From an uncultured Rickettsiales bacterium (GTDB lineage: Bacteria; Pseudomonadota; Alphaproteobacteria; Rickettsiales; Rickettsiaceae), in contig CAJBEU010000001.1 in the NCBI GenBank assembly GCA_903952265.1, positions 51,992 to 115,991 of the forward strand: a stretch of 64,000 nt of DNA. The letters are read 5' to 3'. The position numbers were made by a program, and so were the translations under genes. Every line of letters starts with the position of its first letter. Position 1 is the stretch's first letter. Shown piece after piece: positions 49,856 to 59,614 of this stretch. The notes below the pieces were generated by a model. It had not been told where the DNA came from and searched no databases. It worked only from the letters and a program-made list of their open reading frames with translations.

Positions 49856-50698
49856 TCATTTTACCTTTTCTTGCCATAAAAGGCGGTTAAACTCTGCTCC
49901 ATAAATGAATATTATATTTGTAATGTAGAAAAATAATAGTGTCGCTACGATGCTGCCTAGTGATCCATACACCAAATCTAATTGATTATACATTGCTATA
50001 TAGCTAGACAAAAGTCTTCCACTGATTACCCACAGTATTACGCTGATCAAAGCTCCAGGCCACAGCTTTGTGAGAGATAATTTTACATTAGGAATTAAAT
50101 AGTAAAGCATCACTGTGGATGCAAAAAGTATCAGATAAAGAGCAAAATACCTAAGACTTGTCCACATTGGGCTTAAAGCTTTGACCAGAAAGTTTATTTG
50201 TGAAAAGTGACCAAGTATTGCGGGGGCTATTACTAAGGCACCAAAAGCGCAGAATATACAAAGGCTTATTAGTAGAAATTGTACCGTACTTAACAATCTT
50301 CGTACCAAATATTTGGGAGGAGAATGAATTTCATATATTCGGTTTAAGATTGTACGAATTCCTTCCACCAAAGAAGAAACCGTCCAGACACTGCCAAATA
50401 GCGCTAGAGTCATAAGGCTTTTTGGAGGGACTTTAGTTAAATACTCTATATGTATCTTGATTGATGCAGTTGTCTCATTTGGCAGATTCATCAGCAGCCA
50501 TTGTACCAATTTTTGTCCAGTATCAGAAGCGCCTACCATGCTTGTTGTAACTAGAAAAAATATCAAAAAAGGAAAAAGGGACAAAAGAATCATAAAGGAC
50601 ATATATCCTGCATGCTCTACTCCGTCATGATCTATGGTTTTTACTAGGGCGTTGTATAGAGTTCTGAAAATTAGTGTAACAGTGTTTAATTTTTTCAC
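49856..50698 (-). CDS. YihY/BrkB family inner membrane protein
   Basis: DHDGVEHAGYMSFMILLSLFPFLIF, typical of the YihY N-terminus; about 6 TM helices, 280 aa. Confidence 0.8.
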   Translation of the reverse strand: MKKLNTVTLIFRTLYNALVKTIDHDGVEHAGYMSFMILLSLFPFLIFFLVTTSMVGASDTGQKLVQWLLMNLPNETTASIKIHIEYLTKVPPKSLMTLALFGSVWTVSSLVEGIRTILNRIYEIHSPPKYLVRRLLSTVQFLLISLCIFCAFGALVIAPAILGHFSQINFLVKALSPMWTSLRYFALYLILFASTVMLYYLIPNVKLSLTKLWPGALISVILWVISGRLLSSYIAMYNQLDLVYGSLGSIVATLLFFYITNIIFIYGAEFNRLLWQEKVK

Positions 50699-50755
50699 GA
50701 TTTAAGACAGATTGTATATGTATTAGCAAAGACCCGATGAAGAAATATCGATCAT

Positions 50756-51598
50756 TTAAGACGTTTCTTTTGATGCGTATTTTTTGATTTGTTCAATTTT
50801 TAGAAATGACAAGAGGCCGCGTAGTTCCTGTTTTGCTGCTAGGTGGGATATAGTTAGTTGTTTTGTCTGAATGTTTGTTAAATCAATTAGGGTAATTCCT
50901 TGCAGAAAAAGTTCTCTAAATATCACTCTTTCACTAAATCCTGGTGCAATTTTGCACTTTATTCTTTTTGCTATTCCGTCAATTACTTCTGCAACGGCTC
51001 TTTTGTTTTTTGCATCTATGTTGCTGAGACGATTGCGCAAAACTACCCAGTCTATCTGTCCCCCGTCTCTTTGGGCTCTTACTAACTTTTGTTTCCAGAC
51101 CATTTCACTATAAGTAGAAAGTCCATTGATTTTAAAAGAATCTGGGTCAACTTTTGCTAATAGATCTATGTCTAGAAAGCTATCGTTAATTGGAGTGACA
51201 ATGGTGTCTGCATAAGAATGGGCAAGTGCAGAAAGAGAGCAAATGCTGGCTGGTGTATCTATTACTATTACATCTACCCTGTTTTGTAGGTCAGATATTA
51301 TGCTTTGTATTTCTTCTTTCTGCTTAGATCGTATCAGCTCTGTCTCTTCAAAATTAGGAGATATAAGAAAGTGTTCTGGAAGGCTGAGCTGAAACTGATT
51401 TTGCTTTTTATTATAATTTTGTCGATTTTCAATATATGTAGTAAGGGAGTGCTGATGTACGTCTGTGTCTATACTTGCTACTTTAAGACCAAAATCCATT
51501 AATCCGGCAATTAGGTGCATACAGCAGGTAGTTTTTCCAGCCCCGCCTTTGGTATTTCCTATGACGAATACGTAAGGAGCTTGAGTACGATTTTTCAT
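50756..51598 (-). CDS. mipZ: Division-plane positioning ATPase MipZ (ParA/MinD superfamily)
   Basis: Deviant Walker A GNTKGGAGKTT. IDTPAS, TPINDSFLDIDLL, DWVVLRNRLS and ISHLAAKQELRGLL closely parallel Caulobacter MipZ as I remember it. Confidence 0.85.
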   Translation of the reverse strand: MKNRTQAPYVFVIGNTKGGAGKTTCCMHLIAGLMDFGLKVASIDTDVHQHSLTTYIENRQNYNKKQNQFQLSLPEHFLISPNFEETELIRSKQKEEIQSIISDLQNRVDVIVIDTPASICSLSALAHSYADTIVTPINDSFLDIDLLAKVDPDSFKINGLSTYSEMVWKQKLVRAQRDGGQIDWVVLRNRLSNIDAKNKRAVAEVIDGIAKRIKCKIAPGFSERVIFRELFLQGITLIDLTNIQTKQLTISHLAAKQELRGLLSFLKIEQIKKYASKETS

Positions 51599-51637
51599 GT
51601 CTTATTTCAGAAATACCTGCAAATTTAGAATATTTTT

Positions 51638-53155
51638 TTATTTAGAGCTCGAATCTGGTTCATAGAATTTTGATATCCATCTGGTAAGTAAGGCTACTCC
51701 AAATCCATTGCCTCCTTCAGTGCATCCCGGTTTTGATTTTTTATTGTATGCGACTCCTGCAATATCTAGATGAGCCCATCTTATTCCATCTTTTATGAAA
51801 TGTTTTAAAAACTGTGCAGCAGTAGAGCTTCCTGCTTCTCCGTGACACTTGGATATATTTGCTACGTCTGCGATATTTGATTTTATTGCTTCTTCATAAT
51901 CTTTATGAAGGGGCATATGCCAAATTTGATCTCCTGTTTCTTTGCCAGCAATTTTTAATTCATTTACTAGTTCTTGATCATCGCTAAAGCAGCCAGCGTA
52001 AGTAGAGCCAAGGGCTACAACTATTGCGCCCGTTAGCGTTGCAAGATCAATGATAATTTTAGGGCTGAACTTTGATTGTGCATACCAAAGTGCATCTGCT
52101 AAAACAAGCCTTCCTTCGGCGTCAGTGTTTAATACTTCTGCGGTCTTTCCAGACATTGTAGTGACTATGTCACCCGGACGTTGAGCGTTGTGTCCTGGCA
52201 TATTCTCTACAAGACCCACCACTCCTATTGTGTTAATTTTTGCCTCTCTAAGTGCTAAGGCTTTAATTGCTCCGACAACAGCTGCAGAGCCAGCCATGTC
52301 GTACTTCATTTTATCCATGTTGCTTGCGGGCTTAATAGAAATTCCTCCTGTATCAAAGGTTACTCCTTTGCCAACAAGGGCTATTGGGGCCACGGTTTTT
52401 TTATCTCCTTGATATTTGATCACCACCAACTTTGATTCTTGAGCTGAGCCTTGACCAACTCCAAGCAGTGCTCCCATACCTAGGGTTTTCATTTCACTTT
52501 CACCTAAAATTGAAACCGATACGCCTTTTATTCCGTCAAATTCCTCTTGAATCTTTTTTGCATAAGATTCAGGATACAGGTGGTTAGGTGGTAAGTTTAC
52601 ACAATCTCTAGCAAAAAATATTCCTTTGGCCACACATTCTAATTGGTGAAAATTTTTCTCACTTTGCACAGCATCCTCAGTAAAGTGGATTGTGATAGTC
52701 TCTGTTTGGACGTTTGTGGCTTTTTCAGTTTTATACTGGTCAAATTTATAACTGGACAGTAATGCTCCGTAGGCAAGGTTTGCATTCCAAAATGCCTCAG
52801 AATCTTGTCCAATCTCTTTGCCTAAGGAAATTTCGGAGCGCAAAATTTGATTTGTTGAGAGAACGCTAAATAGTAAAGAGCCTAGATCTTGAATTTTATC
52901 TTCTGACATGTCAGACAATTTTCCAACGCCTATAAGTATGACATTTGAAATCTTATCGATGTTTAAAATGGATAGAATTTTTACACTTGAATATTGTCCT
53001 TTAAAGACTGTACTAGATTTTAAAAATTCTTTCGCGACTAAATATTGGTTGGTGTCTTGCTTTGCGTGAGAATTTGCAAGTACTTGTAAATTTTCGTCTA
53101 CAAAGAGGCATAAAGCAGAGTTTTCCGGAGACTGCTTAAAGGAGATTTCTAACAT
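51638..53155 (-). CDS. pepA: Leucyl aminopeptidase (M17)
   Basis: VGKGVTFDTGGISIKP, NTDAEGRLVLAD, and DLATLTGA. Confidence 0.95.
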   Translation of the reverse strand: MLEISFKQSPENSALCLFVDENLQVLANSHAKQDTNQYLVAKEFLKSSTVFKGQYSSVKILSILNIDKISNVILIGVGKLSDMSEDKIQDLGSLLFSVLSTNQILRSEISLGKEIGQDSEAFWNANLAYGALLSSYKFDQYKTEKATNVQTETITIHFTEDAVQSEKNFHQLECVAKGIFFARDCVNLPPNHLYPESYAKKIQEEFDGIKGVSVSILGESEMKTLGMGALLGVGQGSAQESKLVVIKYQGDKKTVAPIALVGKGVTFDTGGISIKPASNMDKMKYDMAGSAAVVGAIKALALREAKINTIGVVGLVENMPGHNAQRPGDIVTTMSGKTAEVLNTDAEGRLVLADALWYAQSKFSPKIIIDLATLTGAIVVALGSTYAGCFSDDQELVNELKIAGKETGDQIWHMPLHKDYEEAIKSNIADVANISKCHGEAGSSTAAQFLKHFIKDGIRWAHLDIAGVAYNKKSKPGCTEGGNGFGVALLTRWISKFYEPDSSSK

Positions 53156-54279
53156 TTTTTACCTAATAGATTTTTGATTTGAACTAGTGCTAAACTCCAT
53201 AAGATCGATGATACAGAAGCTAAAACTAAACCAGTTCTTACAAAATTTAAAGACCCTTTATCTGTAAAGGATAGTTCTCCTATAAAAAGGCTCATAGTAA
53301 ATCCGATTCCTGCAACTACTGATACCGAATAAACATCCCACCAAGATAGATGGATCATTTTTACCGACCCTACTTTAATTGTCACCCATGTAAAGAAAAA
53401 TATTCCTATTTGTTTGCCTAGAAAAAGTCCCAGAAATACTCCTAAAGTGATTGGGTGGATAAAAGATTTTAAATTTAAAGAGGAAAAATCTATGTTACAA
53501 GCGCTAAGGGCAAACAAGGGTAAAATTCCTATTTTTACGATTTTATTCAAAATACCTTCTGATTTTTGTAGAAATTGAGTTTTTTGAGTTGCGGGAAAAA
53601 ACGCTCCTACAATTACGCCAGAGACAGTTGCATGAATTCCGCAAATATGTAGGCCCACCCATATCAGCACGCCAGATGCAAAGTAATTCAATACATTGTT
53701 TGAACTATTTCTGTTGTGGTATACAAGCATTGCTATTCCGATCAACACTAACAATAGTGACTTTAAAAATATATCGTTGCTGTAACACGATGCTATCAGA
53801 ATGATAGCTCCAAGATCGTCAAAAATTGCTAAAGCAAGCAAAAACATTTTAGCTGGCTGAGATATTTTGGCTCCCATTACAATGTTAAACACTCCTACAG
53901 CAAAAGCTATGTCAGTAGCGCACGGCACAGCAAAAGCTCTATAATTTTGCGGTTCTGAAATATTGATTAAGAGAAATATTCCCGCGGGCACTATCATGCC
54001 TCCAAGTGCTCCAATTAATGGAAGAAGAGCCTGATCTTTTTTTGCAAGTGAACCAATTAGAAACTCTTTCTTAAGATCCATCGTGACAGTTAAAAAAAAG
54101 AAGGCCATGAGAACGTCACAAATCCACTCTTTTATTGAGAGGGAGCCAAAGCATGCTGAAAAAAAAGAATCGTAGTATTGAGCGTAAATTTTGGAATTTG
54201 CTAAGTAAACAGCAGCAATGGAAAAAGATATCAAGCAAATACTACTTAAAGTATCTAGCTGGATTTTCAATTTTTTCAT
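53149..54279 (-). CDS. nhaA: Na+/H+ antiporter NhaA
   Basis: About 12 TM helices. Motifs FFLTVTMDLKKE, CATDIAFAVG and LALAIFDDLGAI (the conserved DD pair). Track ORF runs to 54336; ATG 54279 (MKKLKIQ) is more plausible. Confidence 0.88.
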   Translation of the reverse strand: MKKLKIQLDTLSSICLISFSIAAVYLANSKIYAQYYDSFFSACFGSLSIKEWICDVLMAFFFLTVTMDLKKEFLIGSLAKKDQALLPLIGALGGMIVPAGIFLLINISEPQNYRAFAVPCATDIAFAVGVFNIVMGAKISQPAKMFLLALAIFDDLGAIILIASCYSNDIFLKSLLLVLIGIAMLVYHNRNSSNNVLNYFASGVLIWVGLHICGIHATVSGVIVGAFFPATQKTQFLQKSEGILNKIVKIGILPLFALSACNIDFSSLNLKSFIHPITLGVFLGLFLGKQIGIFFFTWVTIKVGSVKMIHLSWWDVYSVSVVAGIGFTMSLFIGELSFTDKGSLNFVRTGLVLASVSSILWSLALVQIKNLLGKKC

Positions 54280-54425
54280 GCGGGTTCGATTTTTAGTGTT
54301 AAGTTTTATAGCAGCATAAGGTTTTATACTCAGCAATTGAGTAGCGTATGAAAATTTTACTTTTTGTTTTGCTCTGCATTTCTTGCCTTATGCTTTATTT
54401 GAACATAGAATTGCCTTTTATGTTG

Positions 54426-54500
<75 letters not shown>

Positions 54501-54524
54501 TTGGACCTGGGTTGTATTTAATAC

Positions 54525-55433
54525 TCAGACTTGTTTCCCTTTTGCTTCCTTGAGTTTTTTAAAATCTTCGTCTGCGTGGTAGGAAGATCTTGTAAGCGGG
54601 CTGGAAGATACCATTGAAAAACCCTTTGCCTTTGCAAGTCTTTCGTAATAATGAAACATTTCCGGAGTTACATATTCTACTACATTGGCGTATTTGGGTC
54701 CTGGAGATAGATACTGACTTACTGTTAGGAAATCTACTCTTGCTGCAATTAAATCGTCCATCACTTGCATTACTTCTGTTTGACTTTCCCCTAGGCCAAG
54801 CATAATGCCAGATTTGGTAAATATGCTAGGGTCAAAGTTCTTAACGTCATCAAGCAACCTCAAAGAATTATAGTAGCGAGCGCCGGGCCTTATTGCCCTG
54901 TATAGAGAGGGCACTGTTTCGATGTTGTGGTTATAAACATCTGGTTTTGCCTTTACTACAATTTCAAGAGCCTTTGGTTTACGCAGAAAATCTGGAGTTA
55001 GAACCTCTATGGTTGTTTGTGGGGATGTTTGTTTTATTTGCAAAATGCATTGAGCAAAATGGTTTGCTCCTCCGTCTTCTAGATCGTCTCTATCTACTGA
55101 AGTGATAACGATATGAGAAAGACCAAGGGCCTTTACGGAAAGTGCTACTCTTTCTGGTTCATGTGGGTCTACTGGACCTGGCACTCCAGTTTTGACATTG
55201 CAAAATCTGCATGCTCTTGTACAAGTTGATCCTAATATCATTATAGCGGCATGCTTTTTTGCCCAGCATTCTCCAATATTAGGACAGGATGCTTCCTCAC
55301 AAACTGTGTTGAGATTTAGCTGAGTTATGATTTCCCTAGTTGCTGCATATTGAGTCGAGTTTGGAGAACGAACCTTGAGCCAAGATGGCTTTTGAGATAA
55401 AAGATTGTCTTTTGAAACTGTAGAATCTTTCAT
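54525..55433 (-). CDS. lipA: Lipoyl synthase
   Basis: N-terminal [12 protein letters not shown] cluster and radical-SAM [10 protein letters not shown]. Confidence 0.96.
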   Translation of the reverse strand: MKDSTVSKDNLLSQKPSWLKVRSPNSTQYAATREIITQLNLNTVCEEASCPNIGECWAKKHAAIMILGSTCTRACRFCNVKTGVPGPVDPHEPERVALSVKALGLSHIVITSVDRDDLEDGGANHFAQCILQIKQTSPQTTIEVLTPDFLRKPKALEIVVKAKPDVYNHNIETVPSLYRAIRPGARYYNSLRLLDDVKNFDPSIFTKSGIMLGLGESQTEVMQVMDDLIAARVDFLTVSQYLSPGPKYANVVEYVTPEMFHYYERLAKAKGFSMVSSSPLTRSSYHADEDFKKLKEAKGKQV

Positions 55434-55446
55434 TCTAGTGGTTTAT

Positions 55447-56016
55447 CTAAGAAGGAGAAGCCGGTGTTATGTTGCTTAAATACCATCTAGGGTCAGATTG
55501 CTTTGTATGTCTGCTAAAAGTCCATTTGTAGTCCGGCGATTGAGTGAGCATTGTGATGAAGGCTTTATTGCTGAACATATAGGCTTCTGTTACTTCTGCT
55601 GCATTGTAGCTCTCTTTGGATATTTCCTTTAAAACAGGTGCTAAGGACTTACAATTAGAAATAAAACCTGGATCCGTTAGTTCCTTTAAAGTTGCATCAT
55701 TAGCACTAACTACTGCAGTTGCAACTGCCCGCATTGCCTCTCTTGCACTTTTTACAAAGGAAGAAAGCGAAAAATTTTCAACCTTTGCAATGATATCCGC
55801 TAATCCAGAAAGAACTTCCTCCTTATGCTCTGGAAAAATTAATTTGTGATCTACAATTGGTGCTTTGACTACAGAGTTGGTTACGTCCTTTACTATACTG
55901 ATTTTACCCAAGCTGTTAGATACGAACTGGGCTCCACCAGTTTTTCCAATAATCGATATTAGCTTGCTCACTAAAAAGGCTACTATGCAGGTTATAATCA
56001 GAAATTTGATCATCAT
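55447..56016 (-). CDS. Tim44-like domain-containing membrane protein
   Basis: N-terminal TM helix. The C-terminal YKWTFSRHTKQSDPRWYLSNI resembles the WTF.R....P.W.L end motif of alphaproteobacterial Tim44-like proteins. Confidence 0.7.
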   Translation of the reverse strand: MMIKFLIITCIVAFLVSKLISIIGKTGGAQFVSNSLGKISIVKDVTNSVVKAPIVDHKLIFPEHKEEVLSGLADIIAKVENFSLSSFVKSAREAMRAVATAVVSANDATLKELTDPGFISNCKSLAPVLKEISKESYNAAEVTEAYMFSNKAFITMLTQSPDYKWTFSRHTKQSDPRWYLSNITPASPS

Positions 56017-56198
56017 TATCTACTGCGTTATGTTCATTGATGTTGGATTGTTATTGAACTCGAGTTTGCTTTTCCTTTTGATAGTATTGTTTGAATGGAA
56101 ACATAGGCGACTTCAAGTTAAAAGCAATAAACTAACGACGATTATAATCCACAACTAGAAAAATTACTATCTAGAAGGAGTGGCGCTGGCTTTTTTAC

Positions 56199-57116
56199 TC
56201 AAGAAGGATTTTTTTTTAAAAAAGGGTGAGACTCGTAAGCTTTTTTTAAGTGTGTAAGTTCAATTTTGGTGTACTTTTGAGTGGAAGAAAGGCTAACGTG
56301 TCCTAACAACTCCTGTATAGCTCTAAGATTTGCTCCATTATTTAGTAAATGGGTTGCAAAACTGTGTCTAAAAACGTGAGGAGTGACATTTTTTGACAAA
56401 CCTAAGGCGTTTCTCATTTTTTGTATTATTATTCTAAATGTGCTTGCATGTAAGGTTTTTCCAAATTTTCCAACGAAAATTGGCTCGTTATCTGATAAGA
56501 CGAAAGGTATGCGATCTAGGTAATCACTTAATTTTGAGCGTAGTATTGGTAATAAGGGTATTATTCTTTCCTTCTTTCCTTTTCCTTTGATTTTTAAAGC
56601 CTCCTCTTTGAGATGATTTTTTGTGACAGACAAAGCCTCGCTTATTCTAAGACCGGTAGCGTATATAAGTATTAGGAGCGTTTCGTCTCTGAGATTAGTC
56701 CAGTCTTTTTTTATGTTAGACAAATGAGCGATGCACTCTAGCGTATCATCTATACTAAGGGCCTTTGGATTTGTTACAGCTTTTTTTGGCGTTTTAATTG
56801 AAAAAATCTTGCTGCTTTGGCAACAGTTGTGGTCTATCAGAAATTTGTAAAAATTGCGCATAGATGCAACTGCCCTTGCTGAGCTGCTTGCAGCCTTTTT
56901 CTGACTAAATCTGAAAGCGAGCCAACTGCGAAAAGTTCTTATGTCTGAATCGACAATCATTTGCAACGTAATTTCACAGCTTAAGTATTTAAATAAAAAC
57001 CTTACAAAATCTTCAAAATCATTTGTATAAGCAATTACCGTGTGGGCCGAGTAGTTTAACTGATATTTAAGGTGAGTGATCCAGTTGCTTTTTGCATCTT
57101 CTAAGGTTTTAAACAT
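56199..57116 (-). CDS. Tyrosine site-specific recombinase, XerC/XerD type
   Basis: N-terminal SAM-like domain (WITHLKYQLNYSAHTVIAYTNDFEDF). Catalytic region TGLRISEAL, HVFRHSFATHLL and LGHVSLSSTQKYT. There is no flanking mobile-element context. Confidence 0.88.
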   Translation of the reverse strand: MFKTLEDAKSNWITHLKYQLNYSAHTVIAYTNDFEDFVRFLFKYLSCEITLQMIVDSDIRTFRSWLAFRFSQKKAASSSARAVASMRNFYKFLIDHNCCQSSKIFSIKTPKKAVTNPKALSIDDTLECIAHLSNIKKDWTNLRDETLLILIYATGLRISEALSVTKNHLKEEALKIKGKGKKERIIPLLPILRSKLSDYLDRIPFVLSDNEPIFVGKFGKTLHASTFRIIIQKMRNALGLSKNVTPHVFRHSFATHLLNNGANLRAIQELLGHVSLSSTQKYTKIELTHLKKAYESHPFLKKNPS

Positions 57117-57156
57117 TTGTATCCAAAAAATTAGTCATATGAACGACATTATTCTT

Positions 57157-58485
57157 TTATTTACCGATGCAAAAATTTGCAAAAATCGAACCCAAAACGT
57201 CCTCTACTCCTATTTCTCCTGTCAAGCAACGCATTTGACTACAGGCGAGCCTTATCTCTTCGGAAACAAATACTGGATCTTCTATAAACAGTGCCTTTTC
57301 AATGCATTCTAGAGCTTTTTTTAAACTAGTTCTGTACCTGCTTCTAGTTAATCCTGGCATTGAGGAAGGACCCGCCAGTTTTTCAGCTTTTTTGATTATT
57401 GCATCAGTTAAATTGTTTATTCCGTATTGAGTTTTACACGATACTAAAATTGCATCCCCTACATTTTCGATGTTTGAAATGTCGATTTTGTTGATCACTA
57501 TTATCGTATCTTTGTCTTTTAGTGACTGAACTGTCTCGCTAATATAGGCGTCTTTAGAGGCGTCTAGCATTATTATTTTCACGTCACAATCGGCGAAAAG
57601 ATTTACTGCTTTTTCTATTCCTATTGACTCTACTTTATCTTTAGAGTCATGCCTGATGCCTGCAGTGTCGTATATAATGAACGGATATCCTCCTATGTCT
57701 AAATGAGCCTCAAGAATGTCTCTGGTGGTTCCAGCGATATCGGTTACGATTGATATGTCTCTGCGAGTAAGGCAATTTATCAGGGATGACTTTCCTACAT
57801 TTGGTTCTCCAAATATGCCAAGACTTATACCAGACCTTAGCCTTTCTCCTCTACGATTGTCATTTATGTGCAGTAAAATTTGAGACTTTAATTTCAGTAT
57901 AGATTCTTTACTTTTGAGCGCTACTTTTTGTGGTAGATCCTCTTCGGGAAAATCTATGTAGACCTCTATTAATGCCAAAATACTTATTAGTTGATCTTTC
58001 CAAGACGAGTAGAGTTTTCCAAGTTCTCCAAGCATCTGTTTTGAGGCTTGTTTGTGTTGCATGGATGTTTCTGCGTCAATCAGATCCGACAATCCTTCAA
58101 CTTTGGTAAGGTCCATTTTATTATTCCAAAACGCCCTTTTAGCAAATTCTCCTGGCTCTGCAAGACGCACACCTTGGCAAGAGGCAAGAGTTTCCAAAAG
58201 TATATCAGCAACTGCTATGCTTCCGTGTGTGTGAATTTCGGCCACATCTTCACCGGTGAAACTACGTGGGTTTTTAAAAAAGACCACCATTGCTTGGTCT
58301 ATAAGGTAACTCGGAGATGTCCGAAAATCGTACACTTTGCTTAGCTGCATTACGCCAGGAGCTGGGGTGGGCTTTTGAGTCAATTTTTGCAACAAAAACT
58401 CAGTTTTCTCTCCTGAGATGCGAAACACGGCAACTCCAGATTTACCTCTAACTGAGGCTTGAGCAAAAATCGTTTCCATAACCAT
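57157..58485 (-). CDS. mnmE: tRNA modification GTPase MnmE
   Basis: ETIFAQAS..GVAVFRISG, G-domain GEPNVGKSSL and DTAGIR, and the C-terminal FCIGK motif. Confidence 0.95.
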   Translation of the reverse strand: MVMETIFAQASVRGKSGVAVFRISGEKTEFLLQKLTQKPTPAPGVMQLSKVYDFRTSPSYLIDQAMVVFFKNPRSFTGEDVAEIHTHGSIAVADILLETLASCQGVRLAEPGEFAKRAFWNNKMDLTKVEGLSDLIDAETSMQHKQASKQMLGELGKLYSSWKDQLISILALIEVYIDFPEEDLPQKVALKSKESILKLKSQILLHINDNRRGERLRSGISLGIFGEPNVGKSSLINCLTRRDISIVTDIAGTTRDILEAHLDIGGYPFIIYDTAGIRHDSKDKVESIGIEKAVNLFADCDVKIIMLDASKDAYISETVQSLKDKDTIIVINKIDISNIENVGDAILVSCKTQYGINNLTDAIIKKAEKLAGPSSMPGLTRSRYRTSLKKALECIEKALFIEDPVFVSEEIRLACSQMRCLTGEIGVEDVLGSIFANFCIGK

Positions 58486-58565
58486 ATTATATTGAGTTCC
58501 ATTTCAGGCCTCAACGTGGGGTTAGTTTTGACCGAAGAAAATGTTTTCATGCTCTCAATTACAGT

Positions 58566-59567
58566 TTATGGGAGCATTTCTTGCTGTTTTGAGGATTCTG
58601 AATCCATTTTTTTGAACACGTCAGACCATTCTCCTTGCATTGCCGACTTTGCATACTCTGTTACTCTGCTCTCAAAGAAATTTGCGTGTTCAATTCCATT
58701 GAGAATTTCGTCAAGCCAAGTTAGAGGATTTTTCTCTACCATATAGATTTCTTTGAGGCCTAGCTGTATTAACCTTCTGTCGGCTATATAGCGTATGTAC
58801 TTTTTTACGTCTCTTGCGTTGAGCCCTTGAACGTCTCCGAGCTCAAAAGCAAGATCTATAAACGCATCCTCTAGATGAACTATAGTTGAGCAGGCTTTGT
58901 ACAGTGCGCTTTTAAGTTTTTCTGTCCAAATTTCAGGATTTTCCTGAACAAAGGTGTTAAACAGTCTAATTATTGAGTACATGTGAAGAGTTTCGTCTCT
59001 TACAGACCACGTGACGATTTGACCCATTCCTTTGAGTTTGTTAAATCTGGTGAAGTTCAACAAAATAGCAAAAGATGCGAACAGTTGTAGTCCTTCTGTA
59101 AATGCTCCAAATGCTGCAAGAGTAAGGGCTATTTCTTCTTTTGTATTTGTTCCAAAGTCGGCCATATAGTCAGACTTGTCGGCCATTTCTTTGTATTTTA
59201 AAAAGGCCTGGTACTCTACTTCTGGCAGGCCCAATGTATCTAGTAGATGGGAATACGCCGCTATATGTACGGTTTCCATATTTGAAAAAGCCGCAAGCAT
59301 CATCTGTATTTCTGGAGGCTGAAATACTCTAGAATAATGCTTCATATAGCAATTGTTTACGTCGATATCTGCTTGAGTAAAAAAGCGCAATATTTGAGTA
59401 ACAAGATTCTTTTCATCTCCTGTTATGTTGTATTTCCAGTCTCTGATGTCGTCACTCATTGGAACTTCTTCTGGAAGCCAGTGAATCTTTTGCTGCGTAT
59501 ACCATGCCTCGTAAGCCCAAGGATATGCAAAGGGCTTATAGGCCTTACGAACTTGTAGTAATCCCAT
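58566..59567 (-). CDS. nrdB: Ribonucleoside-diphosphate reductase beta subunit (class Ia)
   Basis: Di-iron/tyrosyl radical motif NMETVHIAAYS (E..H...Y) and a second RDETLH site; 333 aa. Downstream of nrdA. Confidence 0.93.
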   Translation of the reverse strand: MGLLQVRKAYKPFAYPWAYEAWYTQQKIHWLPEEVPMSDDIRDWKYNITGDEKNLVTQILRFFTQADIDVNNCYMKHYSRVFQPPEIQMMLAAFSNMETVHIAAYSHLLDTLGLPEVEYQAFLKYKEMADKSDYMADFGTNTKEEIALTLAAFGAFTEGLQLFASFAILLNFTRFNKLKGMGQIVTWSVRDETLHMYSIIRLFNTFVQENPEIWTEKLKSALYKACSTIVHLEDAFIDLAFELGDVQGLNARDVKKYIRYIADRRLIQLGLKEIYMVEKNPLTWLDEILNGIEHANFFESRVTEYAKSAMQGEWSDVFKKMDSESSKQQEMLP

Positions 59568-59614
59568 ATTTAGTACCTAATTAATTCTAGTTAAAGTTTA
59601 TTTGCTTATTGTAA

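Noticed and set aside
53149-53155. 7-nt overlap between the nhaA stop and the pepA start (ATGTTAG)
   Set aside because: This is ordinary gene compaction in a reduced genome. The two functions are unrelated, and there is no evidence of anything beyond incidental coupling.
56199-57116. Tyrosine recombinase as a marker of a mobile element
   Set aside because: It has Xer-type N- and C-terminal motifs and is flanked by housekeeping genes (mnmE, Tim44-like, lipA). There are no att-like repeats, no adjacent tRNA and no cargo genes. It is interpreted as the chromosomal dimer-resolution enzyme.
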